Positions 25,611 to 37,893 of a stretch of 64,000 bases of DNA are shown one piece after another. The first letter of the stretch is position 1; every line of letters begins with the position of its first letter. The position numbers were made by a program, and so were the translations under genes. The notes beneath the pieces were generated by a model. That model searched no databases. It saw nothing but the letters and a program-made list of their open reading frames with translations, and was not told the DNA's origin. This stretch comes from Mayamaea pseudoterrestris (Eukaryota): assembly GCA_027923505.1 (NCBI GenBank), contig BROI01000006.1:992001-1056000 (forward strand), read 5' to 3'.

Positions 25611-28600
25611 TTACGATGCATCCTCCGTCCCCAAGGATACTCGTCGGTTTTCACGCTTCAAATAGGCCAGCTCCAATAAATGGCCCTTTGGTGGAGTAGC
25701 TGCGGCGTCGTGGGATCCGGCTTTAAGCAGCTCCATCTCATGGCCGGGTATCATTGCCCTAGAGTCGTCGGTACACTCCTCGACAGCCGGCTCGGGCAAA
25801 ATGGCCGCACTTGTCGAAGAATGTTTGTTCGCTCGGCGCTCTCTTGCCATCTCACCAATACTTTTGCGCTCAATTCTTACAGGAGTTGTCGGTAACGAAA
25901 TCGGCTGCTGCAAACATTCATTCTCCACGTGACTGGCATTGATGTTTCCTACCTCCTCGACTGCAGCGTCGACCGTCGGGAGTTTCTCTGCCGAACTCGG
26001 TGCTGGCACCACCAAATTGGCAATTTCAAGGTCATGAACAGATCCAGAAAGACGACGCGCCGACACAAGCGGCAGCAATGCGCTCTTATGTGGTCGATTA
26101 GCGGCTTTCTCCATAGACATTCGGGCCCTTCTGGCTTCGCTGAGTAGCATAGGGCTACCCACCGGCTTGACTCCAGCGTCTGGAGCGGATGGTATTGTCG
26201 TAAGTGATGGTTCATCCGTTGTGAAACAGTCGGGAGGCTCGACAAGATCCTCCTGTTCTTTTACTAAATTGTTGCAAGCAGTCTCTATCACATGTATCGG
26301 AGATGATTGACCTTCTGGCGAAAGTAAAGCCTCCTTTTTGAATGTGCATTCAACTCCGGACATCGTTTCTGCATTTGCCGCATTGATAGGGACTGATTCG
26401 GTTGGCATGCTCTGACATTCAGCTTCATGAGCTTTTGCTATATTGTGTGTCTCCGAAGAGGAATTGAAATGTGGTAGCTTGTCGGTGTGCTTGACAACTG
26501 TCGCTTTCATTGGAGAGCGAGATGCAATCGGCTTTGTTGGTGACCGAAGAATTAGATTTTCAAAAAGTGCTCGAGCTTGTTGGACACCGGAGCTCGGAAC
26601 ATTTTCTGGGTCATAGCTTTGTGGAGGCTCTGGCGTTTCCAACACTACTTGCGTCCTGCTATCCTCATTACAAGCGTTCTTGTCCATGGTAGCCAACGTA
26701 CTGACTTTGTTGTCGCTCGCCAAAGTACCAACACTCCCAACACTGTTGCTCGCTGACGACGAGACAAGTTTCTCGCGCTCGTAGATGGCTTTCATGTGAC
26801 TGCTCGGGTCCGGAATCATTCGACCCTTCTTGAAATCTTCAATAGTTCGTTCACTTGCATTTTTTAGCATATTATTGACAAGGACTATTAGAGAAGCGCC
26901 TCCTTCCTTTGGGTTCTTTGCGCTTAATGAGCCGCGGGACTTTGAACTTGACAGACTCGATGTTTCATTTGCTCTTCGTCGTTCATTTCGACTCTTCATA
27001 GCTTCTCGTTCATCGTACTTCGCCAATGCCCGACTCAAGATAGTGGTGAACGACGCGAGAATACCCAAAAGCGTAGTCGTCGGACCAGTCTGGAAACCTT
27101 CTCCACAATATCGGGAGAGTGCTTTACAATTATCAAGTGCTTGTTTTTTTACAGCGTCGAGCTCACGAAAAGCAACGTTACCAGCTTTCAAAAACTGTTC
27201 CAATCGAGCAATGCCACCTTCGATTGAATTTAGCCCGGAGTCATTCGTATGGTCAATACTTGAATTTTCTTCACTAGAATGCTTTGATTCCTTTGACTTT
27301 ATACTCTCAAGAAATTGTTCGCGTTGAGCAAACCCATCGGATTTTTGCTTCGTGTCAATTTCAGGTGCTGCTTCCTCAGACTTGCCTCTGGCAATCGCCG
27401 CAACCATAGCCGCGATGCTTCCCATGTCATTACGCAGCTGATTTGGTCCGCCTTTATGGCTTGTTCCTTTTAAAGCATCTAGTTCGACTTGACACAGCTG
27501 TAATGAATCCTTCAAATTTTGCGTCTCTGCAATCAGATCTCCAATTGCCATGCGGCTAGCAGTGTGACACTCAGGGAAATCGCTTGTCAGATCCAATGTT
27601 TGTCGTTGTCCATTTTCGACAAAAACTTCCACCAAAAAATCAAGCACTGTTATTTTATTATCCTTGCTCTTTGTCTCGGTGAGTTTTAAAAGACTGTCCA
27701 TTTTGAAACCAGCCGCTCGCCCCGCTTTCGTGCCCTCGTTCATGAAATTTCCGATGCGAAGGACCATACCCAGTACTTCTTGGAGTTTCTCGCTGCCCAT
27801 TACTTGCTTGCAAACAGTGGACAAGAGATTAAAGTTTCCAGTACGTGTTTTTGACTCTTGCTCAAACGACTCCATAGTCTGTAGCACCTTGACCTTTTGT
27901 TCAATCCGCTCAATGCTTTGAATATGACGGAACCATCGTTCAGCAGGTGTGAGATTGCTATCTGGTCCATCATAAGCTCGCACAAGTGCAATCTCCGCGA
28001 TTGTCGGCAAGAGTCCTCTCAGAAACTGAACTTTATCGCCTCGAATGCGTCTCAATGGGTCGAGATTAGCCAGTATATCAGCGAGTTCCCTGGATGGGAT
28101 ATCTTTGAAAGCCTTGAGGCTTATAGCAATGTTGTTCGAACGGGTCAGATCCAGCAAATTTGCTTTCCCTTTTTCCTCTGTACCTTGTGATGGCTTGTTA
28201 GAAACGACCGCAGTCTTCTTTTGAAATAAATCAATTAATTTGCTAATGTCGTGCCTTTCAGGTAACGATTCTTCTTCGTCCGCGGTTATGTTAGCAGCTT
28301 TCCACACGCTTTGATCGAGCTCTTTTCCGGACAGAACATTCCAATGCAAAGAGACAAGCTTACTAGATTGGCTTGTTGCGTCCTTCGAAGAAACTTTAGA
28401 ATTGATTGATGATTGGCTGTTATAAAAGGCGCGCCCCACGACTGCGACCATAACCTCCTCGCTGGCTCTTTCGTGCCTCATTTTTTTGTACACCTCATCC
28501 TTTGGAATTTGAATTTTCAATAACCTTCGATAATTTGAAGCCAAAGACTCGTCCTCATCTGAAAGGACTGACTTCAACAAGGACTTCGCGCCGTTTGCAC

Positions 28601-31600
28601 TCGCACATGGGTCAGAGTGAGCGTGATCGTCGGTTGTCCGACTTTTCTTGGCTTCCTCGCTCGCGTTTACGATCGCTCTAACCTTGTCCGCTGCACTTTC
28701 CTTTGTCATGCAGTGCTCAACACGATCGTACTCGATGCCCATTTGTAACATTTTTCGATACTTTGTCACTAGCGCTTCTTCTTTGTCGGTCAGCTTGCTG
28801 GTGGCTTCGCCTTCGATGTCGCCAAGTACCGCATCAACCTTGCTGCCGGTCGCCTTTGTGGACACAGTGGCTGCTTTAGCACCAAGCTTTGCTTCTAACA
28901 GACTTTTCAAATTCCCCCTGATAAAAGCTTTAGCAGCTGATCCGACAGAGCCGGAAATGGCTGAGACGGGGCTCGATGGATGGGTGGCGGCATCCACGAC
29001 TGATGGTGGTTGATCGGCCATTGGAACGAATGCACTGGCAACTGTGTCACTTTCGTTGGAGTGCTTGTCGAGTGTAACTGCACTGGATCCAGTCAGAAGC
29101 ACATTGCAGGCAGATTGGGATCGTTCGCTCGCACTATCGAGCTTGATACTTTCATTCAAGGCGTCGTTGACGTCTTTCGTTCGGCGCAGACGACGATATG
29201 TTTCCAAGACGATATGCTCCTCGTCGTTCAGTGACTCGACATGAATGGATTCGTCGTGAAGTGACTCGTTCGATTCGAAAGTATCAATATTCGGTTCATT
29301 GTGAGCAACTTCGTCGCATTTCATGCTATGAAACACGTTCGCAAATTTTAAGCAATCGTCCGAGCTAGTGAACGTCAACCATTTGTGCGCGTCAGACCGC
29401 AGAGTCACGTCAACCGTCAATGAGGACATATCAAGCGAAAATGTCTTGACATCGGAACGAGAAAGCTTCCACAGCACTCGCGTCGTAGGATTATTGGGCT
29501 CAGATTGAGCAACCATTAGCAACTGACTCCCGACAGTCACATGAGCAACACAATTGTTCTTGAGTCCAGGCGTGTCCTTCAGCTTGAAAACTCTTGCATT
29601 TGCAACCTTGTTATCCAATGAACAATCGTTCGGATCCTGTTTACATAAGATGTCTTTGCCATCTTCGTCAACGAAACTTCGCGCTTGCTCTACGCGATCG
29701 TTATCATTTGTACAGATAGGCAACGAAGTTTCACTTGAAAGCGAGGCGGCTGGTTGAAAATTATGCGAAGAAGAGCTCTTTTCGAAGTGACTCGTGTCCG
29801 ATGACGATTCGAAATTCATTCGCATTGCCATACTGTGGGCGTTGCTCGAGCTTCCAGCCGAGGATGCAAAAATCGTAGTCAGCGCCGTTGAACTCGGCGT
29901 CGTCCCAGACGGTTGCTCCAACGAGGTCGGACTGTCTTCAGAATCGACATAACGCATTGTTGCATCGTCGCTTTCTTCGTATTGCTGGACATGACGAAGC
30001 TTCAATGAGGCCCATTCCGGCGGCGGCAGTTCGTCGCTCGTATCAGAGACGGCGCCTGGGGTCTTGTTCGACGAATGAGACGGCTTTAGTTTGATGTCTG
30101 ACCACGTGACTGATCCATTCGATGCCAAAACACTCTGTTTTAACGCGTTGTTTGGGTATTTGGAATTGAATTGACCCAACGTAACTTCCAGTCCAGGATT
30201 AGAATCATCCTCGCCAAAGGCAGCCGTGCCCGCAGGAGATGGCAAGATTCGCGCATATGGATGATCGTCAGCCTTCTTCTCCTCTTCAAACTCGGCATCG
30301 GTGCTGCAGGTTAGCGTCGCAGTCAGATCAAGCTTTCGATGGCCATATAGCTTGTGTTCGCTCTCATCATCGCCAGAAACTGATCTCATCGTTACGATTG
30401 CATCCATTTCTCCATCTGTCCTCGATTGCGATAGGTTGTTGTCCCAATGATCGTTCGTAAACGTTCGAGTGTACACAGCTGGCTCGTGTGAATTGCTGTG
30501 TTCCGAGTGAGCAGTGCTGTCGTCCTTGAAAATTGTCCGCATCGTCATGATCTTGTCAACGTCTTCGTTTGTTCGAGCTGCATGAAGTCCGTCGTCAATC
30601 TCTGCTTCGTCATTCTCCTCGTAATGCGACTCTCCCGATTCAACGACGCTGTACGACGACCTCGATTGCGAGATTGGATCGCAACTCTCTTCAAGCGATG
30701 ATGTCGTCGCAAGTGAAGGCAATTGTGCTGCAATCTCCTTTCCAAGGTTTTTGTCATTTACGACTTGTGTCGCATGAAGGCATTCGACTGGCGCATGCTC
30801 CTTGAGATGCAGATTCATGGCATTGAGTGCCGACTTTGTCTTGGAATCGAACTTGAACACTTTAGAAGGGCGAACGACAGTTGGCGTCGGCGGCGTCTCT
30901 CCAGACAATACAGCTTTAAAACTTGACCATAGCTAGTCGAACAATATTTGAATGATTTGAAAGTGAGAGTTTGCAATTCAAAGTTGTCACGCACATGAAT
31001 GCATGCAGTTGAAACGTACCTGCGAGTGCTGCCCCGACACTTCGGCTTGCAGAATTTCAATAAACTCAGAGTAGCCATCCACTTCTTCCTCTGATGCATC
31101 CGATGCTACCGTCACTGAATCAGTCGCGGTATGTTTGGCAACTTCGTCATGGCGATTAAATGCGTCCGTACCTCTCGGTGACGAGGTTGTTGATGACATA
31201 ATCGACGACGCGCGGACAATTTGTGCAGTCTCGATCGTCTCGTCGTCCATTACTTGCCCCTGGCTTTTATGCGAGCCTGGTACTGCATACCGCTGTTCTT
31301 CCGCGCGACTTTTGGGTCGTTCCTCTCGACTCTTCAATATCGGAATTCTACTCGGAGACAATGCAGTAGGTTTCGCAGATGGAGCCGGCTTGGCAATGTC
31401 ATCCTTGCGCCGACGCAAGCGCTCCTGCAGTCTTGATGCCATGGGAATTCGATCCGCGAGCCGCATTGAATTGCTGCTACTGTTGGTGCTGCTCCCAACC
31501 TGCCGGCTGCTGCGTCCCATGTTTCGAGCGTCGACAATACTGCTGCTGTTGCTTTGATTGCTGACGGCACTCGACGCCTTTTCCAAAATACGCGAAAAAT

Positions 31601-31994
31601 TTGGAATTTCCGTCGTTCGAACGCCAGAGCTACTATCCCTGGAAACTGGATTGCGCGTTCGAATCGGAGTGGCAAGGCGAGGGTGCTGCTGTTCGTCAGA
31701 TGAATTGGACAATCGAGTCGACTCTGGATCCAATTCTAGCCGCCGCTGCCGCGGCCCAATGAGTACGACGGATGGATCTCGAGGAACGTTTGGATGCTGC
31801 GTTGATTGCTGCTGCTTTTGCTGTCGCTGCGCCTTTATTGCTAGCTGACTGCTCGACAATGAAATGGTAGGCGATCCGCTGCTGCTAGTATCTGAAGTGG
31901 GCGGATCCATTACAGTCCTTGCATGAAAAGCTGATGGAGGCTCACAAAGCCGTCGCGCCACAGGCTCCCGGGGAGCTCGGCGAGGAAAGTTCAT
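25611..31994 (-). CDS. Formin (FH2-domain actin nucleator), ~2100 aa; exons 31994-31020 and 30932-25611
   Basis: FH2 hallmarks KLVSLHW...SVW, LLDLTRSNNIAISLK, LRIGNFMN and GFKMDSLLKLTETKSKDNKITVLDFL. In-frame intron CAG|GTACGT...GACTAG|CTA at 31019-30933. Confidence 0.92.
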
Positions 31995-32228
31995 TGCTGC
32001 AACGAGATCGTGTCACGCTGGATGAGGGACGATGCTGATTGTTCGCGTGGAGTTGAGGACTCATTCATGGTCTGCCTGCTTGCTTGCATGTCGTTAGCGA
32101 GGGTATCTTTTGGAAAGACGTCCTTGCACGCCTGCAGGTGTTTCAGCTTGAACCGGGTGAATTGATGCATCGCACCGGTACCCACCTTCTTGGATCCCAA
32201 CATCGCGCCAGCCGAGCCAGAAACGCCG

Positions 32229-35200
32229 ATGATTGTTCGACAGGCGCTCGCTCGTTGCATTGCAAAGGCGCCACTTTTAAAACTTGTTTCATTACATCCA
32301 AACGAGACGGAACGGAGCTCCATACAACATTTGCAGCAAAGTTTTACCATGGCGTCGACGAACGCTAGCGTCGTTACCGAAGATGCTTTGGTGTGGTACT
32401 TGACCGATGCCAGGCATTGGTGGCCGTCGCTCCTGGAGCAAGTCGATTCCGCAAAAATCGATCCGGAAAACTTGTCGGAGCAAGATGCCGCAGAGCTGTT
32501 CATTTGCATGGTTGACAAGTCTCCCCTCTATAGCGTCAAGCTACTTGGACGGAGCAGCGAGACGCTTCAGCTGATTTGTCCGAAGAGCAAGGAAGCTCGG
32601 ATTCGTCAGCCTTTTTTGACGTGGTTTCAAAAGTGTCAGGTGTTTGACGAAGTGCAGCAGCAAGAACTCTTTGGAGCCGAGCTTGCTGCAGAGTACGCCA
32701 AAGGTTGTGAAATGATGAGAGACCTTGTCATGGTATCGAAGAGTCGCTCCCGCACAAGTGAACAAGCCGCAATAGCTGCAATTTTAACCAATGGAAATGA
32801 GCCTCGACGAGTGTCAGTAGCGCCCGAGACGACAATGAAAGCGCAGCAGCAGCAGCCTCCTTCACTGGCTACGGCAATCGGCAACCAAAAGGACGGTTAC
32901 GCAAAAGAGAATGCTTCTCCGATTAACAGCGGCGACGATATCATACCTACGAGCAACAACAATGACGACGATAGCAGCGTACCAACCATGAACCTCGAAA
33001 TCAAATCGCATGACGACTGGGAATCAGTGTGGGACAAGCTTGATTGGGCCGGCTGGGAGAATGTCAATGGCGTCTATGCGAAGCCTGGAGTGAAGTATTT
33101 TCACGGCGATTCAAGTCTGGTGGATGGCGTCGACTATTTCACGACTTTGGAAGGCGTCCAAGAGTATGTTCGTAGCGCTTTTGGATGGACTGGTCCGCGT
33201 CAAGCTCGTTTGCCAACTAAAAAGCCTTTTGCTCGAGCGCAGCCTATTGAACGACAGCTATTTTCAACGCCTCCAGACCAGTCAACCGTTCCTCAGGATC
33301 CTGGCAAGCCTCTATTTTCATCCAGTGTCAAAGTACCTAGAAAGTCGGCGACCAAGAGCACCAAGAAGAAGAACAGCAGTGTTAAAACTCGTCGCGTCAA
33401 AGATTCAGTTGCCGAAGCAAAGTATCAGCGAGCACCATCGCGCATGACCAAGGAGCACAATAGCAAAACAGCTACCGTGAGAAAGGTTAGCAGCGGCAGC
33501 AAGAAGAAAAACGTATCGCTGCCGCAGTGGTGGATCAAGACGCCGTTGCCATCTACGAAACGTGTCTGGAAACTTTTGAAAAAGCTTGGATACACATGCA
33601 CGAAGACTGTCGATGGGGACTGCTATGAGCTCCCGGAAGGCGTCTACGGCGAGCCGCGAGAAGCGCCAGTCTTTGCATCCTTGTCGGGTCTTCGCAAGTT
33701 CCTCTGCAAATTCGGCATTCCAAAATATACAAAGAAATCCATTGGCATCGACGAAGCGACCTACTTGCAGCGTTGGGTTACTTTTGCAAATGTTCCAGTC
33801 ACTAAACGCGATAGTATTCGACAGCTGAAAAAGGTTGTTTTGCCGTCAACCACGAACCAGCTCTCCCTGCTGCTTGCCGACAACGGCTTTAGCACCATGG
33901 GCGGCAAGGTGTGGGCTCCAAACGTTAAGCACGGCAAGCACAATGACGAATTTGTCTTTGACATTGGGACGGAGCAAGACAAGCTCAAGGCTTTTATCCG
34001 TGGAGCATGGACGTTGGATTCAATGGCGCTTTCCATGGACATTGTAGACGACGACGAGCCGTTAGACATTGACCTGCTGCCAATCGGCAAGTACGCGCAT
34101 CGCACGAGCGATGCCAAGCATTTGGCACTTCGCTTTTGGGCCGTTGCTTCCGATGATATAATGCTGCCACGATTTGAAGCGACTGAGGCAAACTGTAAGG
34201 CGAAGCAGATTCGTTTTCTCGAAATGCTCGACGACAACGGTGCCGAGGACGAAACGAAGTCAGTCAGCAGCGACGAAACGTCAGTCTCTACAGAGAATGC
34301 CAGTAGCCAATCCGAAGCGACTCATTCGTCTGAAAGTGCCGCGGAAGGCACAGATGATGAAGGATTTGGATTACAGTCCGAAGCAAGCGATGATTCGCTT
34401 GACAACGGTCGAGTTGTCAGCCGGCCGGTCGCTCCACCAAAGCAAGCGACAAAACGAAAAGGCAAGAGCGAATCTGTAGACATGCCATGGTGGAAACATT
34501 GTGCGTTGCCTTCCTCCGACCAGGCGTGGGAGATTTTAGAGCGGCTGGGGTATCTGCATTTAGGTGGTATATATAAGCTTCCTTTGAAAGTCGACAAAAA
34601 TCAGCTACTGGCCTTTCAAAGTTTGACTGGCCTACGAAAGTTTCTTTGCAAGTTTGGTATACCAACATTTGATAGGAAACTTATTTCCGAGGCCGACGCC
34701 ACAAGCCTTACTCGCTGGGTGGAATTTGCCAACGTGCCTGTCGATAGTCGCAATAGTTTGAGCGTGCTTTCAAACGTTTCGAAACCAAGGACTCAAGATT
34801 ACCTGCGCAATCTGCTCACGCGCAATGGATTTACTACAGTTGATGGCAAATTTTGGGCTCCTGGATACAAAACCGCGATCAACAAGAAGGAGTTTATCTT
34901 TCATGAGTCTGAACTATCCGAAGGAAGCGATGGAAGAAGTCGCCTCAAGAGCTTCATCCGCGGCGCCTGGACACTGGATTCGAACACCATTTACACTGAA
35001 TCGACACCAGAGAAACATTTGAATGTCCTACTAGACGATTCACATCTTAAGTTGCGTGTTTGGGCAGCTGCAACGTCGGAGAGTCTGCCAACTTTCAAGT
35101 ATATGCCGGATAGGACCACGGAGGTAAAAATGATGGAGATGCTCCCCGACGTCAGTTTTACCGACGATGCTGCGGCGAGCGAAACAGAGTTCACTGACGA

Positions 35201-36410
35201 TGAACAATCTACGAAAGCAGCAAAGAGAGATGAATCGTGTGCCAAGCTTCCTTTGGTAGCAGACCTGCGCGCTTCACCAGCGAATGTCAAGTCAACTCGC
35301 AAAGCCAAGGAAACATCAACCGTGCATGAGCCGAGATTAACTACGAAGAAGCCCAAGACGCTTCCCTGGTACTATCACGAAGACACTGTTTACATGCGAG
35401 AAGACTGGAAGACGCTTACTGACATTGGCTGGAATTACGCTCCTAGCGGCTACTACCATCGACCTGAGTATCCGGGACAGCGTTTCGATCTGATGCAATT
35501 ACGTCAGCATTTATGCGCTCATGGCATTCTTGATATAAAGAAGCATCGACGCAAAATTGGACAGAAAGCGTTTGATCGACTGATCAAGTGGATACGTTTC
35601 GTTCATGTCCCAATTTTACCGAACTATTTTAAGCAAAAAATCCAGACGTTGCAGCCTCTGACCGATTTGGACGCCCTCGACGCTCTGACGAGTCAATTTA
35701 ACTTCCAAGTCAAAGGAGACTGGGTGTTCCTTCCCGGATGTGCATCCAAAGACGATCCTGTACATGGTGCCAACTTCGTCTACAAGAACGAAGTCGCCAG
35801 CTGGTTACGTGCTCAGGAAGTTTGGACTTACAACGGAGTGCCTTCATCTCGTCGTAATAGCCGCCAAAAATTAGATGCAGAGACGGAGAAACTCCAATTG
35901 AGGCTTCGGCTGTGGGCAGCTGCCAAAGATGATCCCCTTCCACAATGTCAAGGGGCGAGCGAAAGCGATTTAGTTGACACAGCCGCAGAAGACGCGAATG
36001 AAGAAGACGAATCGGGCGACGATTTGAATGGCCAAGACGATGACGCTAGCATGGAAGAGACGAACGACCTTGACGACAAGAGCTCCGAATACAGCGAGGA
36101 ACCCCAAAATCCGTCGTTCTGCAATCCCTTTGAGAAAGACAGACCAAAATGTCACCAAAATGTTCGTAAAAACTCGTTCGGCAGCAGACAAGACATAAAC
36201 AAAGATCCTGCTGTCGACACTCTTGCTCGCTTGTTCACACAACCTGAAATCGAGGTGCCATCGGACGAGAGCAGCGACGATGACGAAGATTTATTCAACG
36301 ATATGAGTCATAAACAGCAAGACCAGGATGAAGACGACGGCTCGATCGATTCATCATTCCATCGACAAAACGACAGTACAGACGAGCCGATCTTGCTCAC
36401 GCAAGCTTGA
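32229..36410 (+). CDS. Uncharacterised ~1390-aa protein with three ~200-aa internal repeats
   Basis: Long ORF with first ATG at 32229. Repeated blocks PWW...WxxLxxLGY...LRKFLCKFGIP...RWVxFANVP...FIRGAWTLDS...LRxWA, separated by acidic and K-rich linkers. Confidence 0.85.
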   Translation: MIVRQALARCIAKAPLLKLVSLHPNETERSSIQHLQQSFTMASTNASVVTEDALVWYLTDARHWWPSLLEQVDSAKIDPENLSEQDAAELFICMVDKSPLYSVKLLGRSSETLQLICPKSKEARIRQPFLTWFQKCQVFDEVQQQELFGAELAAEYAKGCEMMRDLVMVSKSRSRTSEQAAIAAILTNGNEPRRVSVAPETTMKAQQQQPPSLATAIGNQKDGYAKENASPINSGDDIIPTSNNNDDDSSVPTMNLEIKSHDDWESVWDKLDWAGWENVNGVYAKPGVKYFHGDSSLVDGVDYFTTLEGVQEYVRSAFGWTGPRQARLPTKKPFARAQPIERQLFSTPPDQSTVPQDPGKPLFSSSVKVPRKSATKSTKKKNSSVKTRRVKDSVAEAKYQRAPSRMTKEHNSKTATVRKVSSGSKKKNVSLPQWWIKTPLPSTKRVWKLLKKLGYTCTKTVDGDCYELPEGVYGEPREAPVFASLSGLRKFLCKFGIPKYTKKSIGIDEATYLQRWVTFANVPVTKRDSIRQLKKVVLPSTTNQLSLLLADNGFSTMGGKVWAPNVKHGKHNDEFVFDIGTEQDKLKAFIRGAWTLDSMALSMDIVDDDEPLDIDLLPIGKYAHRTSDAKHLALRFWAVASDDIMLPRFEATEANCKAKQIRFLEMLDDNGAEDETKSVSSDETSVSTENASSQSEATHSSESAAEGTDDEGFGLQSEASDDSLDNGRVVSRPVAPPKQATKRKGKSESVDMPWWKHCALPSSDQAWEILERLGYLHLGGIYKLPLKVDKNQLLAFQSLTGLRKFLCKFGIPTFDRKLISEADATSLTRWVEFANVPVDSRNSLSVLSNVSKPRTQDYLRNLLTRNGFTTVDGKFWAPGYKTAINKKEFIFHESELSEGSDGRSRLKSFIRGAWTLDSNTIYTESTPEKHLNVLLDDSHLKLRVWAAATSESLPTFKYMPDRTTEVKMMEMLPDVSFTDDAAASETEFTDDEQSTKAAKRDESCAKLPLVADLRASPANVKSTRKAKETSTVHEPRLTTKKPKTLPWYYHEDTVYMREDWKTLTDIGWNYAPSGYYHRPEYPGQRFDLMQLRQHLCAHGILDIKKHRRKIGQKAFDRLIKWIRFVHVPILPNYFKQKIQTLQPLTDLDALDALTSQFNFQVKGDWVFLPGCASKDDPVHGANFVYKNEVASWLRAQEVWTYNGVPSSRRNSRQKLDAETEKLQLRLRLWAAAKDDPLPQCQGASESDLVDTAAEDANEEDESGDDLNGQDDDASMEETNDLDDKSSEYSEEPQNPSFCNPFEKDRPKCHQNVRKNSFGSRQDINKDPAVDTLARLFTQPEIEVPSDESSDDDEDLFNDMSHKQQDQDEDDGSIDSSFHRQNDSTDEPILLTQA

Positions 36411-36566
36411 GCGCCATTGTACGGCAATGTATTTCGTTATGCTTGACGACGTATCGACTTTAAAGCTAAGTAAACCGATATTTCCATCGTGAACATGATC
36501 TGCTAAGTAGTAGTTCAAAGTGATAGTTTACCAGTTGTAACTCACTGTAAAGCGACCACTCAATTT

Positions 36567-37261
36567 TCATTTGCCTTGGCCTTGTAGCGTAATGACAATG
36601 TTTCGCTTGTGTCCGCCACCGTAACCTCCTTGATCGCGATGCTCACACAAGTAGATGCCCTGCCAAGTACCAAGAGCAAGCCTTCCCTTGGTGATTGGAA
36701 CGTTAACTGACGCTCCCATCAAACTCGACTTGACGTGGCCAGGCATGTCGTCGTCACCTTCCAGTGTGTGTTTAAAGGTTCCATCGCGGTTCCACTGAGC
36801 GGGTACAATTCTGTTGAGAGCCGTCTCCATATCTAGACGTACGTCGGGATCAGCATTCTCGTTAATGGTCAGTGAAGCGGATGCTGTGACAATGAGTGAG
36901 CAAACGTTTTAGTAGGACAATCTCCTGCCAACGTCACGAAACAACAACTGCACAATTTTCCCTTCACAAATGACCTACTATGCTGAATGAACAGGTTCAT
37001 GAGACCCATTTCCATTCCAGCCAGATCGTTTTGAATTGCTCGCTGAATCTGCGAGGTGACCAAGTGGCAGCCTCGGCTGGGAGCAGTAATGGAAATGGTG
37101 TGTTGAAAGAACAGGGGCTTCATGTTTGTCGTGCTGCTGCTATCGTTTGAAATCGTTAAAGCCAAACAAGTAGAAGATGAAGAGGCGAGTACTGGCAGAA
37201 CAAAGGATGCTGATAATGAAAGAAAGGAGGACAAGACCAAGATGGACGAAAGGATTCTCAT
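36567..37261 (-). CDS. yjbQ: YjbQ/UPF0047 family protein (secondary thiamine-phosphate synthase-like), probably plastid-targeted; exons 37261-36979 and 36883-36567
   Basis: The spliced product gives FIQHTSASLTINENADPDVRLDME, HTLEGDDDMPGHVKSSL and LALGTWQGIYLCEHR. The signal peptide ends in SASF. Confidence 0.9.
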
Positions 37262-37332
37262 GGTGGAAAACAATCGAAAATGCATTCGTTGTCGATGCCG
37301 AGTCAATACCGATGACTTGCACTTTCGTCTTG

Positions 37333-37713
37333 TGACGTAATTGACACTGGCACTCGTTTCATACTATTGCCTGCTGACGTAATTGACACTGGCACTCGTT
37401 TCGTAATATAGCCTTATGACGTAATTGACACTGGCACTCGTTTCGCACTATTGCCTTGTGACGTAGTTTTCACTGGCACTCGTTTCGCACTATTGCCTTA
37501 TGACGCAGTTTTCACTGGCACTCGTTTCGCACCATTGACGTATGACGCAGTTTTCACTGGCACTCGTTTCATACTATTGCCTTGTGACGCAGTTTTCACT
37601 GGCACTCGTTTCTCACTATTGCCTTATGACGCAGTTTTCACTGGCACTCGTTTCATACTATTGCCTTTTGACGTAATTGACACTCGCACTCGTTTAACAC
37701 TATTGCCTTCTGA
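37333..37713 (+). repeat. 42-bp minisatellite array 2 (9 units, A3-B5-A1) between the divergent yjbQ and small membrane protein genes
   Basis: Same unit as array 1, with starts every 42 bp from 37333 to 37669. Confidence 0.97.
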
Positions 37714-37893
37714 AGTACACGCACGTCTACTCCGTCTCTACGTAGGATCAGTACTGAATTCTCGTAGGCTCAAGTCGCTGGACAACCTCAAGCGTTGCGG
37801 CCATGACGAAAGAAGACCATTGGACGACTGTCGATTGATCGACTGCTTTCGTCCTGTGAACCATTGACACTAGAACGTCAATTACTACAAATA

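Noticed and set aside
37451..37867. ORF encoding 14-aa repeats (DAVFTGTRFxLLPY)
   Set aside because: It is a by-product of a 42-bp period. Stops and 43-bp units break the frame in the arrays, and the listed ORF begins at TTG rather than ATG.
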